64,000 nt of DNA from positions 7,650-71,649 of the forward strand of contig CAZUEY010000001.1 of the NCBI GenBank assembly GCA_964619395.1, written 5' to 3'. This DNA is from an uncultured Staphylococcus sp. (GTDB lineage: Bacteria > Bacteroidota > Bacteroidia > Bacteroidales > Muribaculaceae). The notes beneath the pieces are model-generated. The model saw only the letters and a list, made by a program, of their open reading frames with translations. It ran no database searches and was not told the DNA's origin. Every line of letters starts with the position of its first letter. Position 1 is the stretch's first letter. A program made the position numbers and the translations under genes. Below, one piece after another: positions 1 to 9,033 of the stretch.

Positions 1-621
1 TTCCCAACTCTCAACAGCGACACTTACAGGAAGGTCAAATCCATCATCTCCACCGAAGATATGATGAACCGCCAGATCATTTATCTTCTCGCTCTCAATA
101 AATTTTATACACCTGACTATATGAACGCCACCCACGGCAACGAACTTGTGTCGGTGGCTTCCTCCACTATCTCCTCCAGAATTTCTTCAATGTTGGGACA
201 ACTAAGCAACAATTGGAGTATCGCACCTGCTATCAGGAGCGACAGGGGCGATTTTTCGGATGTGGAAGTGGATGTGGCCCTCTCAAGTAATCTTCTAAAC
301 AATCGCCTCCTTTTCAACGGCAACTTCGGATATCGCGACAAGTCGCTTAACAACAATAGCTTCATAGGCGACTTCGACATCCGCTACCTTCTCAACCGTG
401 CAGGCACTTTGCAACTGAAGGCTTATAATCGATACAACGACCAGAATTATTATTTAAAAAGCGCCACTACGACTCAGGGTGTAGGCATCGTTTTCAAACG
501 CGATTTCGACAATATCCTCTCGTTTATTAGAGGGCTAAGAGGTAAGCGCAATGATACTGCTGAAAAGGAGAAGGAAGCGTCTCAGGATTCCACCCGGAGT
601 AAACCTGTGGTAACTGAATGA
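1..621 (+). CDS. tamB: Translocation/assembly module TamB family protein, C-terminal part (5' truncated by window)
   Basis: Frame is open from base 1 (FPTLNSDTYRKVKSIISTEDM...). The C-terminal pattern 'LLNNRLLFNGNFGYR...FIGDFDIRYLL...KAYNRYND...TTQGVGIVFKRDF' is typical of Bacteroidota TamB. Confidence 0.8.
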   Translation, partial: FPTLNSDTYRKVKSIISTEDMMNRQIIYLLALNKFYTPDYMNATHGNELVSVASSTISSRISSMLGQLSNNWSIAPAIRSDRGDFSDVEVDVALSSNLLNNRLLFNGNFGYRDKSLNNNSFIGDFDIRYLLNRAGTLQLKAYNRYNDQNYYLKSATTTQGVGIVFKRDFDNILSFIRGLRGKRNDTAEKEKEASQDSTRSKPVVTE

Positions 622-655
622 TTGAAAATAATTTTACCATTTAAATATTTTTTTG

Positions 656-3600
656 ATGAAAAGAAAACTGATTTCTGTCTCTGCCTTTGCTGCCTTGGCC
701 TTGGGAGTCTCAGCCTCTCCACTATGGCTAAGGAACACAGCAATCTCGCCGGACGGCTCCCAAATCGCTTTTACCTATAAAGGTAATATCTTCGTGGTGC
801 CCTCCTCCGGAGGTGATGCAAGGCAACTCACATCCGGCTCAAGCTACAACACAATGCCCGTATGGAGCCCTGACGGGTCAAAAATTGCATTTTCAAGCGA
901 CCGCGAGGGTTCGCAGGATATCTTTGTGGTCGAAAGTCGTGGTGGCGTGCCTAAACGTCTGACTACCAATTCCGGAAACGAGTCGCCTCTGGCCTTTAAG
1001 GATGATAGTACAGTGATGTTTACTACATCTCTGCTCCCGGCTAAAGATGCAGCCCAGGCCGGATTTAGCCAGCAGGTCTTCACCGTGGATATTGATGGGC
1101 ATCGTCCGAAAATGTATCTCTCCCTATCAATGCCAGCCTTAAGCATCAATAAATCAGGTGCTATTCTCTATCAGGATAAGAAGGGTGTAGAGAATATCTG
1201 GCGTAAGCATGAGCGTTCGTCAGGTACCTCTGATATTTGGTTGGTTGAAAATGGTAAGCATAAGAAACTTACCGATTTTAATGGCCACGACCTTAACCCT
1301 CAGTGGGCTGGCAACGACAGCTTCTATTATATCAGTGAGGAGGACGGCACTCTCAACGTCTACAAACGTTCTCTGGATGGTAAGTCAAAAAAGCAGTTGA
1401 CTCGCTTCACAACTCATCCCGTAAGAAGTCTCTCTGCCTCTACAGATGGGAAACTGGCTTTCAGTTGGGATGGTGAAATTTATACTATGACGGAAGGGGC
1501 GGAGCCTCAGAAGGTAGAGGTCAACATAGTGACTGACGACTACACGGCTGCCCCTGCAAAATCAGTGCGCCACTCCGGTGCCACTTCTTTTGCTGTCTCC
1601 CCGGATGGAGAGTTGATTGCATTTATCCTGAGAGGGGATGTCTATATTACTTCTGTAGAGTATAATACCACCCGGCGTATCACCGACACACCTGCCCAGG
1701 AAAGAAGTGTTGATTTCGCTCCTGATGGCAGAAGTATTGTCTACGATAGCGACCGAGATGGTATCTGGCAACTTTTCACCGCCGAGATTAAAGACCCCAA
1801 AGAAAAATCGATGCTCTACGCCACCGAGATAGTGGAGAAGCCCCTCTATAAGAGCGACAAGCCGGCTTTCTTCCCTGACTATAGCCCTGACGGCAAAAGC
1901 GTGGCCTTTTTAGAGGATCGCACTACTCTTAAGGTACTCAATCTCGCTGATAAAAAGGCCACTACAGCTCTCGAAGGTAAATACAATTACAGTTATCAGG
2001 ATGGTGACATAGGATTTGAATGGAGCCCTGACAGCCGCTGGCTGCTCATCGATTATATTGGTATAGGAGGGTGGAATAATTCCGATGTCGCTTTGGTCAA
2101 GGCTGATGGGTCAGAAGTGGTCGACCTTACGGAAAGTGGCTACAATAACTCATCACCTCAATGGGTGCTTGATGGAAAGGGCGTGGCATACACTACCGGG
2201 AAATATGGCTACAAAAGCCATGGAAGCTGGGGAAATGAGAGCGATGTCATGGTGATGTTTCTCGACGGCGACGCCTTCGACCGGTTCAATATGACAGAGG
2301 AAGAACTCAAACTGCTTGAGAAGGATGAGAAGGATAAGAAGAAAGCTGACGACGATACTTCAAGCAAGAAAAAATCCGGAAAAACTTCAAAAAAGGATGA
2401 CAAAAAGAGTGAGACTGTCAAACAACTCAAATTCGACCTTGACGGGCGCCGCCACCGCATAGAGCGACTCACAGGTTCTTCCTCCAAACTTGGTGCATAT
2501 TTCGTGTCGCCCAAGGCCGATATGCTCTACTACGTTGCTTCTAGCCCTGACGGACGTTCACTCTATGAGCGCGACCTTAAAGAAGGCAACACTAAAGTAC
2601 TCGTCAAGGGTCTGAGCGCATGGACCCTCATACCTGACAAGGATGGAAAGAAGCTCTTTGTAATGACCGGAAGCGGTATTAAGAAGGTAGATCTTCAGAG
2701 CGGCAAGCAGGAGAGCGTGGAATTTGAGGCAGACTATACCAGCCGTCCTGCCGATGAGCGGGCTTATATCTACAACCACGCATGGCGTCAGGTTCTCGAC
2801 AAATTCTATGATGTGAATCTCCATGGGGTTGACTGGAACCTGTATAAGAAGGAATATGAGAAGTTCCTACCTCATGTCAACAATAATTATGATTTTGCCA
2901 TAATATTGAGTGAAATACTCGGAGAACTGAATGCATCGCATACCGGCGGCGGTTATCGTCCACCTCTTCGTCGTCAGTCCACAGCTTCGCTCGGCGCGTT
3001 CTTTGATGAGAATTATGAAGGCGATGGATTGAAGATTGCCGAGATTATAGCCCGCGGTCCTCTATCAGTTAAGAGCGCAGGTGTTGAAACAGGTGATGTG
3101 ATTCTCGCAATAAACGATTCTCTCATAGTGGCAGGACAGAACTACTTCCCGCTTCTCGATGGCAAAGCCAGAAAAAAAGTGAAGCTTAGAGTCAAGAAAG
3201 CGAATGGCGACGAAAAGACGGTCTATGTCAAAGCTGCCGGTGCCGGCGAGATCCACGATCTGCTCTATCATCGTTGGGTGGAGCATAATGAGCACGTGGT
3301 TGATAGTGTCTCAGGTGGCAAAATTGCCTACGTCCATGTTCAGGGTATGGATGGTGGCAGCTTCAGTGAGGTCTACGAACGACTTTTGGGCAAGTATCGC
3401 AACCATGAGGCAGTGGTGGTCGATACCCGTCATAACGGTGGGGGTTGGCTCCACAATGACCTTGCTCTCCTGCTCAGCGGTAAACCCTACGTGAAGTTCT
3501 CACCCAGAGGGCAATATATTGGTACCGAACCCTTCTCACAATGGACCAAGCCTTCAGTGATGCTTGTGGATGAGAGCAATTATAGTGATGCCCATGGCTC

Positions 3601-3877
3601 ACCCTATGTTTATCAGACTCTAAAGATTGGTGATGTGGTGGGAGCACCGGTACCCGGAACCATGACAGCTGTATGGTGGGAGACTCAGATTGATCCGACA
3701 CTCTATTTCGGTATTCCGCAAGTCACATCGCTCGATGTTAATGGCGAGCCGCTCGAAAATAAGCAACTCAACCCGGATGTGATAATCTATAATATCCCCG
3801 AAAATCTGCTGCGGGGTGTCGACGATCAGCTCATCGGTGCTACACGCCATCTGATGAACAAGGTCAACGCAAAGTAA
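656..3877 (+). CDS. Tricorn-like S41 family protease (signal peptide, PD40/TolB-like propellers, PDZ, S41 catalytic domain)
   Basis: Repeated 'SPDG' propeller motifs, 'GELNASHT', 'DTRHNGGG', 'SNYSDAH' and an N-terminal signal peptide. ATG at 656 preferred over TTG at 653. Confidence 0.9.
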   Translation: MKRKLISVSAFAALALGVSASPLWLRNTAISPDGSQIAFTYKGNIFVVPSSGGDARQLTSGSSYNTMPVWSPDGSKIAFSSDREGSQDIFVVESRGGVPKRLTTNSGNESPLAFKDDSTVMFTTSLLPAKDAAQAGFSQQVFTVDIDGHRPKMYLSLSMPALSINKSGAILYQDKKGVENIWRKHERSSGTSDIWLVENGKHKKLTDFNGHDLNPQWAGNDSFYYISEEDGTLNVYKRSLDGKSKKQLTRFTTHPVRSLSASTDGKLAFSWDGEIYTMTEGAEPQKVEVNIVTDDYTAAPAKSVRHSGATSFAVSPDGELIAFILRGDVYITSVEYNTTRRITDTPAQERSVDFAPDGRSIVYDSDRDGIWQLFTAEIKDPKEKSMLYATEIVEKPLYKSDKPAFFPDYSPDGKSVAFLEDRTTLKVLNLADKKATTALEGKYNYSYQDGDIGFEWSPDSRWLLIDYIGIGGWNNSDVALVKADGSEVVDLTESGYNNSSPQWVLDGKGVAYTTGKYGYKSHGSWGNESDVMVMFLDGDAFDRFNMTEEELKLLEKDEKDKKKADDDTSSKKKSGKTSKKDDKKSETVKQLKFDLDGRRHRIERLTGSSSKLGAYFVSPKADMLYYVASSPDGRSLYERDLKEGNTKVLVKGLSAWTLIPDKDGKKLFVMTGSGIKKVDLQSGKQESVEFEADYTSRPADERAYIYNHAWRQVLDKFYDVNLHGVDWNLYKKEYEKFLPHVNNNYDFAIILSEILGELNASHTGGGYRPPLRRQSTASLGAFFDENYEGDGLKIAEIIARGPLSVKSAGVETGDVILAINDSLIVAGQNYFPLLDGKARKKVKLRVKKANGDEKTVYVKAAGAGEIHDLLYHRWVEHNEHVVDSVSGGKIAYVHVQGMDGGSFSEVYERLLGKYRNHEAVVVDTRHNGGGWLHNDLALLLSGKPYVKFSPRGQYIGTEPFSQWTKPSVMLVDESNYSDAHGSPYVYQTLKIGDVVGAPVPGTMTAVWWETQIDPTLYFGIPQVTSLDVNGEPLENKQLNPDVIIYNIPENLLRGVDDQLIGATRHLMNKVNAK

Positions 3878-3902
3878 ATAGATGTAAGAATTCGAAAAAA
3901 AG

Positions 3903-3941
3903 AATGACTCCGCCGCAGCAATGTGGTGGAGTCATTTTTTT
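3903..3941. terminator. Likely bidirectional intrinsic terminator between convergent genes
   Basis: AATGACTCCGCCGCA-GCAA-TGTGGTGGAGTCATT stem-loop with an A-tract before and a T-tract after. Confidence 0.85.
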
Positions 3942-3981
3942 ACTATGGCATTTTGTCATGAGGAGGTTGTGAGTAAAGCAT

Positions 3982-4962
3982 CTAAACTTGGCTTATGAGA
4001 TAAACTACATATACTACGTAAACCAACGTCAGGATCGCGCCTTCAACGCGAGTGATTGTGCGGACGCGGAAAAACCATCCGAATATCCAGAAAAGGAGCG
4101 AGGCACCTGTGAGCACGAGCAAATCGATATTGTTGATGGAGCCAAAAGAGAGAGGGGAGATTCCTGCACATGAGCCGAGCACAAGAAAGATATTGAAGAT
4201 ATTACTCCCAATGACATTTCCTAAGGCGATGCCGGTTTTACCCTTCAAAGCAGCTGTTACGGATGTTGCCAGTTCGGGGAGCGAAGTGCCGGCGGCCACG
4301 ATCGTAAGGCCTATCACAGCCTCACTGATACCTAAGGAAGCCGCTATGCCGGAAGCTCCGGCCACAAAGCGATCGCCACCCCCTATAAGAGCAGCTAACC
4401 CAAGCACAACAAATAGAAGAGCTTTCCACATGGGCATCTCCTGTTTAGCTTTAGCGCTTTCTGCCGAGGGATCTGAGCTACCTGCAGGATCACTGGTTGC
4501 TTGCGAAAATGTATATCTCATAAAAATCGCAAAAAACAGTAGAAGGATTAAGCCGTCTACTCTTGTCAGGACTGATGACTCTGCACCATCAAGAATCGGT
4601 CCGTTGGCCATAATCAGTAGAGCGATTGAGGAGAGGATTACCAGAGGAATTTCACTCGTCATAATGCTCTTCTCTATCTTGATGGGAGCAACTATGGCCG
4701 TGACACCGATTATCATAAGCACATTGAAAATGTTGCTTCCGACAACATTACCAATTGCCAGCGAAGCACTCCCATTGAGGGCCGAGAGGAGGCTGATGGT
4801 TAACTCAGGAGCTGATGTCCCGAACGCTACCACTGTCAAACCGATCACCAAGTCAGATACGCCCCACTTTTTGGCAATAGCCGAAGAGCCGTCTGTCAGG
4901 GCATTGGCACCCCAAAGGATTAGTGCAAGCCCAACTATAAGATAAATAATATTTAGTATCAT
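3982..4962 (-). CDS. Calcium/sodium antiporter (YrbG/CaCA family)
   Basis: Two alpha repeats 'GTSAPE...GNVVGSNIFN' and 'GTSLPE...GNVIGSNIFN'; about 10 TM segments. Confidence 0.93.
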   Translation of the reverse strand: MILNIIYLIVGLALILWGANALTDGSSAIAKKWGVSDLVIGLTVVAFGTSAPELTISLLSALNGSASLAIGNVVGSNIFNVLMIIGVTAIVAPIKIEKSIMTSEIPLVILSSIALLIMANGPILDGAESSVLTRVDGLILLLFFAIFMRYTFSQATSDPAGSSDPSAESAKAKQEMPMWKALLFVVLGLAALIGGGDRFVAGASGIAASLGISEAVIGLTIVAAGTSLPELATSVTAALKGKTGIALGNVIGSNIFNIFLVLGSCAGISPLSFGSINNIDLLVLTGASLLFWIFGWFFRVRTITRVEGAILTLVYVVYVVYLISQV

Positions 4963-4966
4963 ACCA

Positions 4967-4974
4967 CAAAGGTA
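4967..4974 (-). promoter_or_regulatory. Bacteroidota sigma-A -7 element directly before the antiporter ATG
   Basis: TACCTTTG on the minus strand, 4 nt before the ATG at 4962. Confidence 0.6.
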
Positions 4975-5006
4975 GTAAATATATTCCTACCTATGGGTTA
5001 TAGTGC

Positions 5007-5040
5007 AAAAAAAGAGAGGGGGCTTCACAGCTGCCTCTCT
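5007..5040 (-). terminator. Intrinsic terminator downstream of sod
   Basis: Minus strand reads AGAGAGGCAGCTGTGAAGCCCCCTCTC followed by T7. Confidence 0.7.
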
Positions 5041-5126
5041 CTCCATTCATCACATTATGCTTATTAAGTTAGTCAATATTGTTTGTATATTTTGTCAATC
5101 AAAAAGATTCAAAAAAAATTGGAAGT

Positions 5127-5705
5127 TTACAGATATCGGCTTGATACGACATCCCAGTCGACGATCTGCCACAATGCTTTTAGTGCATCGAGACGTCTGT
5201 TGCGGTAGTCGATATAGTAGGCATGTTCCCATACATCAAATACCAATAGTGGGGTGAGTCCTTCGCAAAGGGGATTACCTGCATTGGAGGTCTGAGTGAT
5301 AAAGAGTTTGCCATCCTTGTCCTTGGAGAGCCAGACCCATCCCGAGCCGAAAATGGAAGCTCCGGCATCTTCAAATTCTTTCTTGAACTGGTCGAACGAT
5401 CCAAACTGTTCATCTATTGCTTTGCGCAGATGTCCTTCGGGTTCATGACTCCCATCAGGAGAGAAAGTGAAGAAGTAGAAGATATGATTCCACGCTTGCG
5501 AGGCATTGTTGAAGAGAGGACCAGAGGCAGTGGTAATAATCTCCTCAAGTTCCATATCCTCGTAGGGAGTGTCCTTGATAAGCTTGTTGAGATTATCAAT
5601 GTAAGCCCTTTCATGCTTACCATAGTGATATTCTATTGTCTCTTTTGAGATGGCCGGAGCAAGAGCATCGCTTGCATAGGGCAGTTCAGGGAGTGTATAA
5701 GTCAT
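5127..5705 (-). CDS. sod: Fe/Mn superoxide dismutase
   Basis: Metal-ligand motifs 'HYGKH', 'AWNHIFY', 'FGSGWVWL', 'DVWEHAYY'. Confidence 0.97.
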   Translation of the reverse strand: MTYTLPELPYASDALAPAISKETIEYHYGKHERAYIDNLNKLIKDTPYEDMELEEIITTASGPLFNNASQAWNHIFYFFTFSPDGSHEPEGHLRKAIDEQFGSFDQFKKEFEDAGASIFGSGWVWLSKDKDGKLFITQTSNAGNPLCEGLTPLLVFDVWEHAYYIDYRNRRLDALKALWQIVDWDVVSSRYL

Positions 5706-5977
5706 AAGGCGTTTATGTTAAGTTTATATCATATAAACATATATCAGTAGTGTTGGTTCGGGGAGAAGATGTTAAAAATCTTCAAGAAGTGTTTAGAGCC
5801 TGTCCCATAATAGCTATTAACTCTGAGGCCGAGGTGATGGCAACTTCCACCACCCGACAAGAAGGGTTATGTATGCTATGAGATGAAAAAATCTATGACA
5901 AATTGGTGGAACTATTTAACAATGAGTAAAACCTAATGTCGTTAGTTTATTATCAAATATTAAAAGACGTGATTTTC

Positions 5978-6017
5978 GCTCAGCATTTTGCTGAGCAGTC
6001 TAAATTTTGTATCTTTG
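5978..6017 (+). promoter_or_regulatory. Promoter of the DUF5606-hemerythrin-LuxR unit, with a palindrome over the -33 element
   Basis: TTTG (5987-5990), 19-nt spacer, TATCTTTG (6010-6017); palindrome GCTCAGCA-TTT-TGCTGAGC at 5978-5996. Confidence 0.6.
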
Positions 6018-6047
6018 TGGACAGAAGAATAAAAATTTACATCCGCT

Positions 6048-6473
6048 ATGCTAAAAAATATCCTTTCTATAGCCGGTCGTCCCGGTCTTTTCCGCCTCGT
6101 TAACAGAGGTAAAAACATGCTTATTGTAGAGTCGATCTCCACCGGTAAACGTATTCCTGCCTATGCTCACGACAAGGTTATATCCTTGGGTGATGTAACA
6201 ATGTATGCTGATAGCGGCGATGTGAGACTCAACGATGTCTTGGAAGCAGTAAAGACCAAAGCTGAGGGCAAACCTGTGGATGTCAAGGCACTTGGTAAGG
6301 ATGCTGATATCAGGGAATATTTTGCCGAGATCCTCCCTGACTTTGACCGTGAGAAGGTTTACACATCCGATATTAAGAAACTTTTCTCTTGGTACAATCT
6401 TCTGATAGAGGCCGGTATTACTGATTTCTCTGTGGCTGAAGAGGAAGCTGCAGAAGAAGAGGCAACGGAATAG
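6048..6473 (+). CDS. Conserved Bacteroidota protein (DUF5606 family)
   Basis: 'ILSIAGRPGLFRL', 'VISLGDVTMY', 'PDFDREKVYTSDIKKLFSWYNLL' and an acidic tail. Confidence 0.8.
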   Translation: MLKNILSIAGRPGLFRLVNRGKNMLIVESISTGKRIPAYAHDKVISLGDVTMYADSGDVRLNDVLEAVKTKAEGKPVDVKALGKDADIREYFAEILPDFDREKVYTSDIKKLFSWYNLLIEAGITDFSVAEEEAAEEEATE

Positions 6474-6529
6474 GCTTGAGAAGCCTATTCCCATTCATTA
6501 AATTCTTTCAGACAAAAAGAAAATTAGGA

Positions 6530-7219
6530 GTGGAAAACAATTTAGGCCGATGTTTTAACGCTGACGACACTGTGGTCGATCTCATCGAGAACGACTACAA
6601 TGTCCTCACTGTGCTCAGCCGTTTTTCTCTACCCTTGGGATTTGGTGAAAAGTCGATAGGGGAGTTGTGTGAAGAAGCCGGGATCAATACAGAATGTTTC
6701 TTGTTGATTATCAACTATATTTCATCAGGAAAAATTGACAGCAAATATCTCTCGGAGGTATGCCCGACAGATATAACCTATTTCTTGCGGAATTCCCATG
6801 ACTATTATTTAAATTATAAGCTCCCTCACATCCGAAGTAATCTTGTAGATGCCCTTGACGAGTCGCAAAGATCAATCAACCCAATGATTATCAGATTCTT
6901 TGATGACTATGTCAATCTGGTGAAGAAACATTTTGCCTACGAGGAAAACATTGTGTTTCCTTATATTGACTCGTTGACCCACGGATCGAAAGGGAATTAC
7001 AATATTGATGTGTTCCGCAGGAACCATGACTATGAGATTGAGGAGAAACTCTCGGAACTGAAAAATATCATTCTCAGATATTACTCCACCTCGCAGCCGT
7101 CGAAGATGTACGACGCTTTGGCCGATATATATAATTGCGAGGAAGATCTCACATCCCACGCTAATATCGAAAACCATATTCTCATTCCGATGATTGAGAG
7201 GATTGAAGGGCGGGTTTAA
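6530..7219 (+). CDS. Hemerythrin/HHE-domain protein with ScdA/RIC-like N-terminus
   Basis: 'LPLGFGEKSIGELCEEAGI' N-domain; di-iron ligands in 'SHDYYL', 'HFAYEE..VFP', 'NHDYEIEE', 'HANIENHILIP'. GTG at 6530 is my preferred start (ORF track starts at 6476). Confidence 0.82.
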   Translation: MENNLGRCFNADDTVVDLIENDYNVLTVLSRFSLPLGFGEKSIGELCEEAGINTECFLLIINYISSGKIDSKYLSEVCPTDITYFLRNSHDYYLNYKLPHIRSNLVDALDESQRSINPMIIRFFDDYVNLVKKHFAYEENIVFPYIDSLTHGSKGNYNIDVFRRNHDYEIEEKLSELKNIILRYYSTSQPSKMYDALADIYNCEEDLTSHANIENHILIPMIERIEGRV

Positions 7220-7242
7220 GAATAATAATATCCTTAGGAACA

Positions 7243-7845
7243 ATGCGTCAGGTCAACATACTGTTAATGATTCCCTCGGCCATCCACATGGCTGGACTTA
7301 ATGTGATGTTGCGTAAACTCCGCTCTGTGAAGGGTGTGGTGACCGAAATCAGGCCTGACAACTACACGGAGATTCTCGGCCATATCCAACCTTCACTCAT
7401 AATTGCTGATCCCATAATCTCTTCTGTTGATTGGGATTATCTGAAAGGTGCATCTTCAGCCCCTGTTAAACTTGTAGGTTTGCTTTCTCAACAATTTCCC
7501 AAGGAGCAGCTCGCGATTTTCGACGAGGTGATCTCCATTTATGATTCTGAGGAAAAGATTGTCTCTACGATCGATGCTCTTTTGGTTAAGGAAAAGGAGA
7601 GCGACCGCAGCAAGGAGTTGAGCCCAAGGGAAAAGGAGGTGGTGACAGGCATCGTCAAAGGCTTGTCAAACAAAGAGATCGCCGATTGGATGAATGTGTC
7701 TGTCAACACAATTATGACCCACAGGCGTAATATTGCTGCAAAACTCCATATCCATACACCCGCCGGTCTTACCATCTATGCGATAGTGTCGGGACTGGTA
7801 AATCTCGACGATGTCAGGGATGATATGGATTTGACAGACTTCTGA
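7243..7845 (+). CDS. LuxR-family transcriptional regulator with degenerate receiver-like N-domain
   Basis: C-terminal HTH 'LSPREKEVV..IVKGLSNKEIADWMNVSVNTIMTHRRNIAAKL'. Confidence 0.9.
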   Translation: MRQVNILLMIPSAIHMAGLNVMLRKLRSVKGVVTEIRPDNYTEILGHIQPSLIIADPIISSVDWDYLKGASSAPVKLVGLLSQQFPKEQLAIFDEVISIYDSEEKIVSTIDALLVKEKESDRSKELSPREKEVVTGIVKGLSNKEIADWMNVSVNTIMTHRRNIAAKLHIHTPAGLTIYAIVSGLVNLDDVRDDMDLTDF

Positions 7846-8407
7846 AAAATTCTTCCCTGAGCGCCGGATCATTATTGAAAATACCGGACGACTCTACGGT
7901 GACTGTGGCAGAATCCTGCTTCTCGACACCCCTCATTTTCATACAAAGATGCTCTCCGGTGCACACTACCATTACTCCCAGGGGTGAAAGTTTTTGCTGT
8001 ACTATCTTGCAGATCTGTGCTGTCATTCGCTCCTGCACCTGAAGTCTGCGTGCATAAAAATCCACCAGACGTGCAAGTTTGCTAAGCCCTATGGTCTTGC
8101 CTGAAGGGATATACCCAATCGACACCTTCCCATAGAAAGGAAGGATATGGTGCTCACACAGCGAATAAAATTCTATATCTTTTACGATTACCATGCTCGA
8201 TCCTTCATGAGTGAACACGGCGCCATTGATTATCGAATCGGCATTCTGACGATAACCGCGTGTGAGGTAGGCCATGGCACGTGCTGCTCTGATCGGAGTC
8301 TTCAGGAGCCCTTCGCGCTCTGAGTCTTCTCCAAGCAATTTCAGGATAGCCTCATAGTGTTGGGCTATTTGCCGGATTGTTTCATCGGTTAGTTCTCCAG
8401 ACTTCAT
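7814..8407 (-). CDS. folE: GTP cyclohydrolase I
   Basis: 'REGLLKTP.R', 'SLCEHHILPF.G', 'GLSKLARL', 'RRLQVQER', 'HLCMKMRG'. Confidence 0.96.
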   Translation of the reverse strand: MKSGELTDETIRQIAQHYEAILKLLGEDSEREGLLKTPIRAARAMAYLTRGYRQNADSIINGAVFTHEGSSMVIVKDIEFYSLCEHHILPFYGKVSIGYIPSGKTIGLSKLARLVDFYARRLQVQERMTAQICKIVQQKLSPLGVMVVCTGEHLCMKMRGVEKQDSATVTVESSGIFNNDPALREEFFRSLSNPYHP

Positions 8408-8478
8408 TTTGTGATGTGAAAGCTCGTTTATGGTTTGGTAGCTGACTGAGAGATTTGGAAATCAAATTCAGTGAAGAA

Positions 8479-8958
8479 TTAGTCCTGAATATTGACTCTA
8501 TCCCTTACAATCCTGATCTCCTTTTTGTAGGCCGGGAAAGCTTTACCTATTTCATCGGCAGCTGCCTTGGCCTCCTGCTGAGTACGGAAATCTCCTACTT
8601 TGAGACGCCAATAAGGGGAGGTATACATGACGTAAGTCTGATACTTCGGGAAGCGAGAGGCGATTATGCGCTGCTTGGAGCGGGCTTCATTTTTTGCTGT
8701 ACGGGCATTGTTGTCGCTGAACACCTGTACTCTATAGCCCGCCAACTTGCCATTGACTACTTTAGGCTGCTCCTCCTTGGTCTCCTCTTCATTTGCCCCC
8801 TCCACAGGTATCAGACGCTGGAGCAACCCGTCAGGTTGCACTATCGTGTTGTCGGTTCCCTTCGTGATATGGTCAATGATGGTAGGGGCATCCGTATCGG
8901 CTAATGCCGGAGATGAGACCAGGAGTAGGGAGGCTGGGAGGAGATGGGAGAGCTTCAT
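8479..8958 (-). CDS. SPOR-domain (peptidoglycan-binding) exported protein
   Basis: Signal peptide plus 'GYRVQVFS...Y.SPYWRLKVGDFRT..EA'. Confidence 0.85.
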   Translation of the reverse strand: MKLSHLLPASLLLVSSPALADTDAPTIIDHITKGTDNTIVQPDGLLQRLIPVEGANEEETKEEQPKVVNGKLAGYRVQVFSDNNARTAKNEARSKQRIIASRFPKYQTYVMYTSPYWRLKVGDFRTQQEAKAAADEIGKAFPAYKKEIRIVRDRVNIQD

Positions 8959-8975
8959 GGATATAAAGTTTGTTT

Positions 8976-9013
8976 AACTGCAGGGATTACTTATTGAGAA
9001 GTATCCCTGCAGT
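8976..9013 (-). terminator. Stem-loop/terminator after tpiA
   Basis: AACTGCAGGGA...TCCCTGCAGTT inverted repeat between the tpiA stop and the SPOR start. Confidence 0.65.
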
Positions 9014-9033
9014 TTAAAAATTTATTGACTACT

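Noticed and set aside
4052-4945. 297-aa ORF antisense to the antiporter
   Set aside because: Shadow frame of a hydrophobic membrane-protein gene; no recognisable motifs.
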